DNA from: Marsupella aquatica
Taxonomy: Eukaryota; Plantae; Marchantiophyta
Assembly: GCA_973895155.1 (NCBI GenBank)
Contig: OZ316892.1
Span: forward strand, 16,668,357-16,732,356
Reading direction: 5' to 3'
Length of the DNA: 64,000 nt
Shown: in pieces, positions 1 through 12,424 of the stretch
Numbering within the stretch: position 1 is the stretch's first letter
How the letters are laid out: every line of letters starts with the position of its first letter
Program-made: the position numbers and the translations under genes
Notes under the pieces: model-generated
Database searches by the model: none
Told to the model about the DNA's origin: nothing
What the model saw: the letters and a program-made list of their open reading frames with translations, nothing else

Positions 1-853
1 GGTTGACGCGAGCCACTGCCATAACTAGGTAGAAGGTCCAATGCTGGTAGCTCACGAGAAGACGGGCTGCACTGTCAAACTCCATCGTCCTATCATAGAA
101 GTGAGAGTAGAGAGAAGCGAAGAATTTAGATGAGATTGCGAAGAGGGGCATGTACTGTATGTCAGGGTCATAATCCACACAATTGCAGGCATAATGGTGG
201 GCATTGTGGTTCCCTCTCCACCATTCCATACCTATGCCTGTCGAGCAGTTTCCAATGAAAAGTTTCACATACTTGTCTGCACGAGTCTTGAACATGCCAG
301 AATGGGCTACATCGTGCCCCATGAATCCTGTTTGTATCCAAACCAGCCCTAGAAGAGCTCCGCATCCGATATGGACCAACAGGTTCTGAGAATACAGTAC
401 ACCCAGCACACACAGGACGAACATTGGGATCATGATCGCAGCGTACTGTCCATACACATGGACTGGATTCTTATACAAGCCCGCCTTCTTCAGATTGATA
501 AGAAGCTTTCGGTAATCCGCTTGGATTGGAGACACATTGTAATCCGTCAAATTCCCTATTTGGAATTGAGGAAGAAGAGCCCAGGTCGTTCCTGGATGGA
601 AGGCGAGAAAAGCATCCGTGACGTCTTGGCCTGCGAAGCTCAGAATCGGGTTGCCACCACCTGGGTGCTTTCCAAGCCAGTCTGTAACGTCATACACCTT
701 ACCCTCGATAGAGATCCAAAGGTCTCCTTCCTTTGCATGGTTTGAAAGCTCATCACTACTGATGTTCCTCAATGGAGGCCTTTCAGTTGAGCGAGTTCTA
801 GATCCAGTCTGAATGGATGCTGTTGTCGATCTTGCATTTGAATCAGAAGCCAT
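1..853 (-). CDS. SLD: Cytochrome b5-fused front-end desaturase, delta-8 sphingolipid desaturase type (5' part; 3' end lies outside the window)
   Basis: Minus-strand frame from ATG at 853 is open to the window edge and is missed by the ORF track. It reads MASDSNARS...DLWISIEGKVYDVTDWLGKHPGG (b5 heme motif)...GHDVAH (His box 1)...WWERNHNAHH (His box 2)...DYDPDIQYMP...SYQHWTFYLVMAVARVN, as in plant SLD1/2. Confidence 0.92.
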   Translation of the reverse strand, partial: MASDSNARSTTASIQTGSRTRSTERPPLRNISSDELSNHAKEGDLWISIEGKVYDVTDWLGKHPGGGNPILSFAGQDVTDAFLAFHPGTTWALLPQFQIGNLTDYNVSPIQADYRKLLINLKKAGLYKNPVHVYGQYAAIMIPMFVLCVLGVLYSQNLLVHIGCGALLGLVWIQTGFMGHDVAHSGMFKTRADKYVKLFIGNCSTGIGMEWWRGNHNAHHYACNCVDYDPDIQYMPLFAISSKFFASLYSHFYDRTMEFDSAARLLVSYQHWTFYLVMAVARVN

Positions 854-1993
854 TCTGCGCCTCCTGTTGATATCACCTGAATTGCATTCATCCGCTAGCA
901 GATGTTCCACTGATTTGAGGTCGACTGGCGAGCTAAACACTGACTCACCACAAATGCATCCCTGATTTCTTTCTGCTAAAAATGAAGACCAGGTTTTCTC
1001 ACCTCCCTTTGCGCATACCATCACAACAATGTCTCCATGTCGTTTAAAGCATATGTGTCTACATCAAACATGACGATTTCTTTGAAATTAGGTCAGAGTA
1101 TTAAACGGGGCACTGAACTCTAGGCTCAATGTTTTAGCAATGTGAGTAAATGCGATACTTCTTGCCTCCGATGCAGTCTCACCTCTACCCGTAACGAGAA
1201 AAACGCTTCCCTCTCTGCCTCTCTCTTGCCATCTCTCTGCCATTAATGCCGAAGCTATTGGCTGAGGTTAAAGATACAGTTAGGAGACACGATGAGACTT
1301 GGAATATCAACCTTGTGAAATACCTGGACTATTCGCTTCGCTTGTTGTGACCGGATGAGCCCATGCCCTGCTATGCCTTTCGTCCCTGCGACCCCATATC
1401 AATCTGCCAGACAAAAACAATCAGCTCTCATAGGGAGGCCGAATGTTGCCTCGTCTGCAAGCTCTAATCAAACACTTCTAGATCTACTGCTGCACTCTTG
1501 CATTTTCTTTTCAAAACATACCTCCTTACTGAGGTTGTTGACGTCCCTCTAGCTCGGTCACCGAATAGTCTGCCAGTCGGAGAAGTGACTTCAATATCAC
1601 ACCATTTTGCCAGCTCCTCTGCCACAATCGTTAGGGGCCGCCAGCTCAGGAGCTCTCTCTGTCACAATGCACAACATTCACCATTCCGCTGTTCAAGAGC
1701 TCGCTCCAGTCCTTAAGAAGTCCGTCCGTCCACCATTGTTCCGACTCTGTTGGGCGAACGTGCAGCTTAAAGGCTCCTTCTATCCCAATCCTGAACTTGT
1801 TCCGAAATGAACCAATCCGCTACAACAGCACTGCCGCCTTCATCGTTCTCATAAACATACCAAAGGATTCAGACCAGATGTTTAGGAATGGGGTACGCAT
1901 CGACTAATGCGTTATGTGCCGAGTGTGCTTGTGGACTCGGGTACAACGCACTCATTTCGCGTCTCCAGGATCTTCGCTGAAGTAAAACAACAA

Positions 1994-2202
1994 CTATATA
2001 ATATTTGATTTTGAACCTAACGGCCGGCAAAAGTGACTCATTGGGCAGGAAAAGTTTCATCTGCGATCCCGTTGATGCATTGAGGCCTGTATTAGGGGAG
2101 TGGACGGCTGGGATTAGCTGAGGATTTAGGCGTTTAGGCCTTTACTAGGGGTTTGGACGGTTTGGATGAACTCTTCGAGTATCTTTATTAGGGGGTGGAC
2201 GG
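1994..2202 (-). promoter_or_regulatory. Possible desaturase promoter: TATA-like box plus three copies of a 16-17-bp motif
   Basis: TTATATAG on the minus strand at ~1994-2001. TAGGGG(ag/tt/g)TGGACGG recurs at ~2093, ~2146 and ~2189 with unrelated spacers. Confidence 0.3.
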
Positions 2203-3230
2203 TTACGCTTAAGTGAGGATTCATGTGAATGAGATTCATGACAAAAGACTCTTGCACTAAAATATGGAAAGAAAAATATAGCAGATATTTGTTTCACTTG
2301 GTTTTGACATTTGTTTGGTTAACCAAGGTGATTTGTTTTGTTTTCCATTGTGTGGTCGGTGCAGATAGTTTATCCACTCTGGATTTTTGCCTTTGGACAG
2401 ATGTCCAGTGCCCAGTTATGTGCTGGTCCTCTTCCTGTTCTTTTGGTAGAGTAAGCCCTCTTACTTGCGGTAGTTGCTTAGTGATTTCTGTTTGGTATGT
2501 GACTCAGTTACTTTTCCACCCGTAGTTAATGGTGCCGTTCAATGTACCCCCCAACATTACCTGTGCCCCAGAGTCTTTGCCAACCTCTGGAAACATTGTT
2601 TAGAAGAGTTCAACTGATGTATCTGCCAGTAAAGATGAGAAAAATTATTTGCCACAGTAAAATTTAGCCACTCACAGGTAAAAACTTTGTTAGACGAAGT
2701 TCACACTATGACGTAAAACAAAGCTAGATCAGAGAAAGTAGAATTTTCTCATGTGATGAGCTTGACTAGTTTTGGTTTTTTTGGAATGTAATTTTCTTAG
2801 GAGGAGTTCACAAACTGCACAGTTGGTAGTAGACTCATCACCTTCAGACAAAGGGGTATGAGAAAAACTTAACGACTCAAGTCTCACAGCCAGATCTTTC
2901 AGATCTAATGTGCCGATCAGGCTTGTCCGGAGCAGGTCGTTGTGGGATTCAGGATACCCATTCCTGTAAGACTTTTCTAGAAGCAAATGGAACTTTGCAT
3001 GCTGATGATTACAACTATGTCTCACCTGTAGACGGTCCGGAGAAACTGCTATCCTAAGACAGCAAGGATTGTTATAAAACAGTATGGTATGCTTTTCCAT
3101 GTATTACTTTGTTCTATTATTACATCGCTGGGTTGAATCTCCCCCTACATCAACAATTTGAAAGGTTTCTGAAAAATTCGTGAGGATCACCTGTGCTTAA
3201 CAATGGGGATCTGAAGCCTGATATTTATAA

Positions 3231-6200
3231 CTACCTCTCACTCAAGCTAAGAGAATGTACAGCCGCAAACATTGAGCTTGTGGAAAACGGTGGTGGCAAT
3301 CGACTACCCAAAGAATGATGTCTCTTCCAGACACTGTTTTCCTGCTTGCCAAAGAGAACCTGGGTTAAATGCAAAAATGAAGGGGTCACTTTGCGCAAGG
3401 GTAGTTCATAGGTTGCCGGAAAATATCGCAAATCGTCAACCTGCATGAATAGCAGCAATTCCTCGTGAGATATCTGGCCACCCACAGGCAATTTTGAATT
3501 TGATAAACTTTCCAAATATGAGAATTTGAGGAGGGTCTACACGACTATTAAGAAACACAAGAAAAGCATGCAACTTACCGTTGCTTCCACCTCTGGAATG
3601 TTCCCCGTCTGGCAATCAGCCCGATCATGTTCTGAAACCTGTGTCTCTACTGCCACAACGGGACTAACTGTCACAGCTTCTTGATCCTGTGGTGCCTTTG
3701 GGGGTTTACGGACCTGAAAAATAACACAACTCATTCCATTCACATTCTTCCTCTTATACGACGAGACAAACTACAACAGAACATCAGAAGACACAAGACT
3801 AAGCATCCTGTCGACACGAATCGCCAACTCGACTGCGTCCGGGATGATTGATCTGATACCAACGAACTTCTGATTTAAGACAACATGACAGACCCTGAAT
3901 GCCACGTACCCTAGGACTTCTGCCTACTTGAGGACTTTCTTGATTTACGTCAGGATGACGTGATCTCGAATGCTTTCTCTCTTTCTTTCCCTCTACTACT
4001 CCCTCCTTTTCTTGGCGGGCAAGCTTGCGCCGTCGACCCACACAAACAACACAACTGCAATCTGGTTTATGGTGTACAGTCCTGCCAAATACAAAAATGA
4101 ACTATAAGTCAATCTTCGACACGTTCTCAACAGGAACTGGTGAAAAAAAGCCTGTTCTCTCTTCCATCCTCACTTGCAGGATATCATGCAGTATGGCTTA
4201 AAACAATATCGAACTGCTGCTACATGATTTGCTATAATCGAAAAGTGAATCTTTGACTAAGGCGGCACACCTAAAGCACACGTAGTAGAAATGGTCAACA
4301 AAAATAGTGATTCAACTTGAATAAAAGTTCGAAGGCACTCGCTGAAATTTACCCAAAAGTGCGTCGTTTGTTTGAAGAGGAAGCACGCAGTGTGTTGTCT
4401 CTGTCCTGCACTGGAGTCTTCACTTCTTCCTCACGAGGTTTTTCAACCTCAGCTGGCTCTTCTTCTGCACAGGAAGAGCAAAAGCATTCTTCAAGATGAA
4501 GTTTTTGTCATCAAGTGAGTGCATGTTACTCCCACAACACGTGCGGGGCTGGTGATCTTTGGGCTTGCTCTTCCAAAGAACAACCTTTGCAATAAGCGCA
4601 TTCCTTAAGAGCGTATTATACAGTAAGTAAAGACACCAAAACTACTCGAACGTCGTCAATCAAAATTCTCCAATACCACTCATTCGAGTCGTCATGACGA
4701 CAAACCAACCTGTATACTTCCTACCACTATCCTTCATGGGAATCACTTCTGGTACAACCGTCTGACCATAAGCTTCAGAATCAACTTCACCCGTCTGACC
4801 CTCAGCTTGAGAATCAACTTCAACCGTCTGACCATCAGCTTGAGAATCAACTTCAACCGTCTGACCATCAGCTTGAGAATCAACTTCTACTGTCTGACAA
4901 TCAGCTTGAGAGTCAACTTCAACTGTCTGAACATCAGCTTGAGAATCAACAACTTCTTCCGGTGCATCCTGAAACTCTCCATCGTCCACTTTCTCTAGTA
5001 TGTGTTCCACGTCAATCCCCTCGTCATCAGCGTCTTCGTGTGAGAAATGTGTGTCATCGTTGGTAATCTCCACAGTACTCACCTCTACTTTGTCCTCTCG
5101 AGCCTTACTTTCAGCCATAACCTGTTCCACAGAAGCTAAGATACCAAGCCGAAGATCTTCAGGGACGGAACATGCAACGTGAAGTGAAATAGCAATATTT
5201 TCAAATTCGAGGTCTTACGTGACTTCTTGCAATATCAACAACAAACTCTCCTGATAAAAGAGAAAGTAATACGGATAGAAGGGATGAATGTCCAACTCCC
5301 ATCCCACCGTTGTACTCATCATAGAAATATTTCCACCGACGTGTTGAACTCACCACTACGTTTTGTCTTTAGTCTTGAGTTTGAATTATCAAAATGCACA
5401 ATCTTCTGTAAATTCAATTTTGTTCCATTTTTAGTGTCCTTGGACTTTCTACTTTTCGCTTTGTCTCCCCCGTCCTGCTCGAGAGCACCAACAAGCTCAT
5501 CGCTAGAGTCTATATCATCGCCTTCTTCAACTTTTTGTGCTTCTGTACAGCCAGATTCAAATGTCAGCGCTAAACACAGGGTTCTGTATCAGTATCTAGC
5601 AGTACAAATGTGGTACAAATTGTATTCGTGAGCTAGGTGTCATGAACAGCCTCTTCGCGGCCCAAGTACGGAGCTTAATCCATTGTCTGTCTACTGGAAC
5701 TTTTCGAAGAAGGTGCAAGTACGAGTCAAAGGACAGGCTCACGCACTTGCACTTTTGGAACTAGGTGGAAGAACTGGCAGGCCAGCTAAATTCCAGTGCT
5801 TATTGAAAACCGTCTCAGCAATTCTCAAAATGTCCATGATGGGGTCTCCGTCCTGGTTATAACTTCGGCAGTTGCTCCAGACAAGCAGGACATCCGCATA
5901 AACATCCAACGCTGTCCTATACTTCTTGCCTGCTTCAAGCAGCCCTCGAATGGTGCCAAGGTCCATCGGTTCTGATATGACATCGAAATAATCCTATGTA
6001 CAAGTCAACTGATCAGGCTGTGAAGACAGAGACCAAGTACGTAATTCTAATCCATCTCTGCGATCCAGGGATACAATAACGTAAGAACTGCAACAAAGAC
6101 GTCTTAACGTTATGAGAATAATATTCATAGTCATAATAATAATAAGGTCATTCCTATACATACGCACACACATCCGTGCTGAAACTCTACAACGTTAACC

Positions 6201-8012
6201 GAATCACAATATTTGGTGAACCTATCTTCAACGTGCCCTACATTTTTCGAAAGTCATTCCAAACGTATAACAAGGACGGAGAACGATGCACTTACCGGTA
6301 TCTCCAAGGCAATTGGATCAACGGGCTCGTTAAAGGGCTCAGCTGATTTTATTTGCATGACACGTTTCACGACCTGCCCAAAGTCAGACCACAGTTGGTA
6401 ATACCCCTGGGAAGTACAGAAGAAGAAAGAATGACCGTCCCCTCGGTAAAATTTAGTGCGACCTTTCAAATCTATCTGATGCTGCAAAGAGCCCAGGGCA
6501 TGAAATAGCACATGCGTACAATGAACCCAGAATCTTAAGCACCATAGAACAGTAAGTTTGCAGGTCCCAGTATGATTGTAACGTCTTTGGAGCTCTAAGT
6601 TTCAAAACAAAGAAACACGTTCCTTTGTTGAGCCTCTATCAATGATAAAAGGAGCTGCAAGATCCCGCACGTAGAAAAATGTATCGCACCAAGAAAAATC
6701 TATCTCAGGATTCGAGTGAGCTCTCCTGATATTTACAAGTGAAGTCGTAGATGTGGTTTGAATCCTTCCGTTCGATCTTTTGCCAAAGAACAAGATGTGC
6801 AATTTTCTGAGCCTTCATTACCTAGCGCAAAACTGTCCCTTTTCTCTCTACATTCTAGTTTTCCGCCAATCTAATTTCAAGCAAAGCCGACACCTTTCCA
6901 GGACCACCTCAGTTCTTGCAAGTGTAACGAAGTTGCGTGAAAAGATTTCGGCCTCCATCTGTTGTATGATCACGCTAATGCTGATCTCTGAAAAGAAAGA
7001 TCGATCTCTTTTTCCTTTCATTGTTCTGGTAGAAGCTGACTCAATCGCAGGTTCAAATTCTAGAATTGAATCAACTACAGTACGGTCGTGTGGATTCCAG
7101 GAAGCTCTTACACCTCTGATCGAACTACTCTAATGAAGAATCAAGAGCGTGTGTTTGCGATGGAAAGAATATGATTACCGCCAGCGAAGTCTTCAATTCA
7201 TTCTCATCGACTCCTTTCCTTGCCGTCGACGGCGAAACAACACTGCCCATCCTACGTTCTGGACCTTTAGAGGAGCCCAATTTGTAAGTAATTTTGAACT
7301 TGTTGTTATTCCCCGCAGAAGTTTGGGTAGGGCCTCCGAAGCTGCTGTCAATGTCACTCTCTGAAGCTCCTCGCGAGCTCGAGGCTTTGGGGTTGTTCTC
7401 TGAAGATCTAGCCACGGAGGAGTTGTTAGCGTCCACAGGGAGGACAATTTCCAAGGACGTTGTAGCATTATCTGCTGCTCCCTTGTGCTCTGCTTTCGGT
7501 TTTAAGTTACCTAGCAGAAAGCCCTCCCTGAATTTCGAAGGTCTGACTCTGAGCCTCGAACTCTCGCGTCGTTTATCTATTTGCTTCATGACTGCCTGGT
7601 CCTCGGCCATGATTTCCGGAATTATATTTACATAGTTCTTGCTCACTTGAGGAGGAGAGGTGCTATCAGGATCAGGTTTCGAAAGTGGGTTTTCTCCTGG
7701 GCTTTTCCTAACTTCGTCCCCGCTAGTTGTTGCATTCTCATCTACGAAAACTAACACGCTCCCCTCCTCCGACTCGAGTTTCTGATGCGAGGGCCTTCTG
7801 CCACCGCCGCGAGGGTCGCGCTTGCGTTTATTTACACCTCGAACAACCGGCAATCCTCTGTCGTGCTCCCCTTCAACCTCTACTTCAACGATGTCGCTCC
7901 TCGTTAGCTGCAATGCTTCCTTACTCGACGTTGGTACTACAACGGTCGGGACCACCGCTTTGCTCACCGGCAGAGCCTTTGACCTGAGTCTCGTGCGCTT
8001 ATTGTTATCCAT
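3231..8012 (-). CDS. Multi-exon bromodomain-containing protein (AT1G58025-like)
   Basis: Exons at ~8012-7179, 6373-6296 (VVKRVMQIKSAEPFNEPVDPIALEIP) and 5993-~5745 (DYFDVISEPMDLGTI...DVLLVWSNCRSYNQDGD) assemble a bromodomain with GT-AG borders. A later exon at ~4080-4000 has HHKPDCSCVVCVGRRRK. The last exon reads LF..ENSVWKRHHSL and stops at 3231. The latter two motifs match my recollection of this plant family. Internal exon borders are approximate. Confidence 0.85.
4756..4953 (-). repeat. 33-bp tandem repeat, about 6 copies, in frame (VEVDSQADGQT)
   Basis: Unit TCAGCTTGAGAATCAACTTCAACCGTCTGACCA repeats within the acidic ORF 4660-5130 inside the bromodomain gene. Confidence 0.9.
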
Positions 8013-9616
8013 ATGTGCCTTGCCAAAAAATTGTCACAATGTAGGGTCGACTGTGTGCCTGCCAATCCATAGAGACGATGTTCGGAAACCCAAGAGTTGA
8101 ACAACAAGTGTATCACAAACATACAATCATGGCAATGACTAGAGGGCTCTTGCATCCTCAAAGACCTCCACACTACGTGTCTTGCATTCCAGTTTGACCT
8201 AAAATCAACAACAAACGCTCACACGCAGAATAAATGCGCGTACGGTATACTTGACGTCAGCTGATCATAAAGCGTACACACGCTTTGAAATTGAACTGAA
8301 TTGGCAGCTCTTCCTCAGTATTAGACAACCAGCAATTCGACATCACGTCTCAAAGAATTCCTATCCCGTGTCAAGGAGGAAACCGAGAAACGAGCTACTA
8401 AACAGAATTGACCCTCTCCCCTCCTCATAATCCCCTTTCTCTAGAAAGTGCACGCACTCGAGTAGCAGAGTCAGCAATTCATCTCATGTCGCGGCTGCAT
8501 AGCATTAGAACGGGAAACTACAGTACCTCGTGATTCCATGACCATACGACGCGTGGCTACAATAGGGAAACCTACAGTTACAGTTAGTCTGGGACTGCGG
8601 TCGCCTTGCGAAGAAGTACAAACTAGTGGAAACCAAGAGCGCGAAGCCGCGGGGGCAATAAGGTAGAAACTGTATGATTCAGATGCGCTTTGAGCTCTTT
8701 CGTCTCTCTGCCGTAAGTGGCCTCCTTCCAATGTCACGTTACACTCAAATTTGGGAGGGCATCAGGCAGGCGCAGCTCCCCCACTCCTGCCCTCCACTAC
8801 ACCCCAAAGAATAGACTCCGAAGAAGCTACGCTCGACGAAAGATAGGGATGCAATGGACATCTAAATAATAATCACATCGAGGATCCCAACCCAACCATG
8901 GACAGAATGACAAAGTCTTCAGCCTCAAAGATCATCGAACCATCACACAACGGAAAATGATAGTCATGCCTCTCACGACACCAGATCCAACAAAACTCAA
9001 TGATCGAGCAAAAGATAGCGCTACAGCAGACATATGAGCACCGTTAACACACCACAAGGAATTGAGGACCGATTTCGTTACAATCATGATGCGAAGGGAA
9101 ACCATGCCAGCCACCACTCTGCTCTGCACTGATCCCTAATCCCGGCGTACCGTTGGGGCCTTGTGCCAGTAGAACCACCACAGTCCACGCTCAATCCACG
9201 CTGCTCCACTGGCAAAGTCCAACGCCAGGCCTATGATTACAACACTACTGTACCGTAGTTTCCCGTCATTACTTGACTGACAGTCCAGTAATCAGCATTT
9301 ATCCGATGGTCTCGACACCACTGGACATTTCGCTAAATCTTGCGAATGATGAGGTTCTCACTTTTACAGTCCTGACGTCCCAACTTGTTATACTTTTGTG
9401 TTCTTTCCGTCGTGCGAAACTTTTCTCAGTAGTCTCATCGTCATCACCTGAGTCTGGCCTTCGCGTTGCATCCGTTCTTTCACGACAATACCGTTCTTTG
9501 CGAAGGGCCTGCTTTCCGTCGAACTTCTCACATCTCCTCCAGAAGGCATCTTTATTGGGAGAGGAGAGTAAGAGTTTTGGTAATACCAGCTTTCACTTTA
9601 ATTCGTTTTCGTTGCA

Positions 9617-10745
9617 GAACAAACTGGCAATTAAGGGGAGCGAACGGAGGAGCAAATGCTTCACAATAATTTGATCATTTTACTCAAATTGTGGGACAAA
9701 CTGGCCATCAATTATCAAGAGGAGTGAATGTTTCATTGTAATTACATCATTTCCAAAAATTGTGGAACAAACTGTAGACTTAACTGGCCATCAAGAGGAC
9801 CTAATGTTTCACTATAAGTATAGTAGATCATTTTCTTGAAATTCCTCATTTTCGTTCTGGAACAAAGTGGTTATCAAGAGTAGCGAATGCTTCACTGTGA
9901 TTAGTTCATTTCTTGAAATTTGACTATTTTTACAGATTCTGGAACAAACTGGTACTCAAGAGCAGTGAAAGTTTCATTCTAAATAAGATCATTTTCCTGA
10001 AATTGTGGAACAAACTTGCTATCAAGATGCATGGTTTCCATAGCAATTGTTTGTTAGAACATGTGGAAGGATAGGAGTACACACTTTATTGAGCACACCA
10101 GATCCATTCCACACAGAAATCTGATGCCCTTTGAGGATTTACATCCGTAAAGATTGGGCCTGTCATAGATTCACATCCAGTGAGGGAAGTCTACTCTACA
10201 TTATTTTGGAGATGCGGTCAATGAAATATCCTTTGAACCTGGGTGGAATTATGGGAAATTCAAGATGACATCCAGCAGGTTCCCCTAGCATCTCACCCCC
10301 CTCCCCCCCCCCCCCACCCCGGGCCCTTGCCCCCAACCATGATCTGCCTAGCCACTCAGGAATAGATGCTGGACTGCAGATTAGACTCATGGAATGTTGT
10401 CTGTCATGGACGCATCCGGTTCCTGTTCACTGGTTGGTCTTCCAAAGTGTGTCACTCCTGCTTCAGTAGTTAGATCACTGGTTTGGTTTCCTTGTGCTTA
10501 GCTGTTGGTTCTCTCCTGGTTCTGGTCTCTTCGGTTTTATTTGGGCACCACAACCTACCGTGTGCCAACCCCATTTTTGTGGGCCACCCATGTTGTATGC
10601 TGGATTTTTCAATAAACTTTGTTGATTTTTTGAGGCAAAAAAGAGGATAAACTTTTCACTAGAATTACAGTAGATCATTTTCCTGAAATTGTGTAACAAT
10701 CTGGTAATCAGCCTGAAATTGTGGAAACAAACTGGTAATCAAGAC
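9617..10745. repeat. Degenerate ~60-80-bp tandem repeat interrupted by ~600 bp of unrelated sequence
   Basis: The motif GATCATTTTCCTGAAATTGTGGAACAAACTGG..ATCAAGAG occurs about 6 times at 9617-10027 and resumes at ~10640-10745. Confidence 0.8.
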
Positions 10746-10754
10746 AAGGGCATG

Positions 10755-11055
10755 TGAAAAAAGAGGCGTTTGGACACTTCCCCTTTCATAGTGGTGGTTC
10801 AAGAGTAGGGTAACCCATCCCCAAGAAAGACTAATTGAATGTATTCCCCATGTGTGGTGAGCATCTGAGGGGCTTACAGCCCATTATCCCCAAGAGAAGA
10901 TGCTGCAAAACTGTATGCCTTTGCCACTTGTGTGTAATCATTCAAATTGAGAATTCCCAGGCCAGGCTGGCACAGGGTTCCAAAGACACACCCGCTAGTT
11001 AATGCCTTAGAAGTCTTACACAGCCGACAAACAAAAATTCACCACGGGGGTTTAC
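10755..11055 (+). repeat. Dispersed repeat copy 1 (related to 60320-60680 on the opposite strand)
   Basis: Shares ordered blocks AACCCATCCCCAAG, CCATTATCCCCAAG, TGCCACTTG, TCATTCAAA, CAGGCTGGC.CAGGG and AAAAATTCA..ACGGG with the reverse complement of 60320-60680. Confidence 0.7.
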
Positions 11056-12279
11056 AATTCCAATACTGCCTCTGACCATATTAGCTTTAGTATTTGATCT
11101 TGCATACAGAACCTCCATCTTAGCTCTTATGTTTGGGATCTGGGTCCCTTCAAGTCAGTATGTGGTTCATTTGGATCAACCTTAGTCAAAATAGTGGTAA
11201 TATACTCATTCAAATAAAAAGTGAGGTACTCTAGTAATTTTGGACAGAAAATATTGCAAGTTAGCAAATCTCATTTGGCTGAAATCTTTTTTATGACTTG
11301 CTTAAAGTCTGTTTTTGTTTTGCCTATATGAACATCTGTGGTCAGGCCACCACATGTATCACATTACATGACTGTTCCAAAGCAAGTAACACAAAACTAG
11401 TTGTTTATGCTCTCTGCATCTATGGATAAAAACTCATTTTGTGAAGTCATCTTATGAGTTGCTTAAACTCCCTAATGTTCTGGCTCCTTACCAGACCACC
11501 CCATCCTCAAGAGCAATTCCCTTTCAAATAAGCAAGATTGTGGTCCTGTCCCTACCTGACCACAACAAGACGCAATAGCAATGATAACTTTGCAAGGCAT
11601 GGGCATTGTGGCTCACCTTGCCTGGACGTTTACCTTGCCTTGCATCAGTGACACATAAAAATGCATCAACATCTTCCCCAACTCTGTAACATTTCCTTGC
11701 CTCATCTTCATTTATGTGTCTCACCTCCATTTTCTGTACTACGCACAAGCATTCAATTAAATTTGATAATTTGAGAAGGAAAAAATATTAACTTATCTAT
11801 TCGTGCAAGGCATGACTGAACAACTGTACTTGAATCCACTGACTCACAAGAACTCACACTTTGCAAGCATAGCTACAAAGGAGCATTCAATTAACAGCTT
11901 TGGTCACTCGTTCGTTTGAAAATTACTATTTCCATAGTTTTAAGCATATTTATCACTGTCACTCTTTTAACCAGAGGTAATAGTTAAGTTTGATAGTTAT
12001 TTATTCGTAGTTAAGGCTTCACCTCACTTTTATTATTTGCTTTAAGTTTTAATTGTATAAAGCATCTGAGATCACTAAGCAAAAGTTTTCACCTCACTTT
12101 AGTATCTTCTTTATAATCTAATTGTATAACTAATATGACACCACAAAGCAAAAGTTTCACCACTCGGCAAGCACTAATAATTGTTTTGACAACCATGTAG
12201 ACAATTCCCAGGTAATAATGCCAAAAATGATGCCCTCGAGGATTACCTTCTTGAAGGTACTATACCCAAAAGGCGGCCC

Positions 12280-12424
12280 ATGACTATGCATAAACTAATA
12301 CCTGGTTGCAGGATTTTCTTCACTGAAAATGCAATCAACAGTTCCTACAGGATGACTATGCATAAACTGATACCTGGTTGCAGGATTTTCTTCATTGAAA
12401 ATGCAATCACGAGTTCCTATAGGA
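12280..12424. repeat. 72-bp tandem duplication (a second, more diverged ~70-bp duplication lies at ~12015-12165)
   Basis: ATGACTATGCATAAACT.ATACCTGGTTGCAGGATTTTCTTCA.TGAAAATGCAATCA..GTTCCTA.AGGA is present twice in tandem. Confidence 0.9.

Noticed and set aside
9346-9451. Box C/D snoRNA (ATGATGA...CTGA...CTGA)
   Set aside because: No terminal stem and no recognisable rRNA or snRNA antisense element. Such short boxes occur by chance.
9617-10027. CRISPR-like array
   Set aside because: Eukaryotic context, degenerate repeats, inter-repeat sequences similar to one another, and no cas genes.
11524-11748. Agenet/Tudor-like fragment (YRVGEDVDAF)
   Set aside because: Lacks the following GWW motif and has no supporting exon structure.
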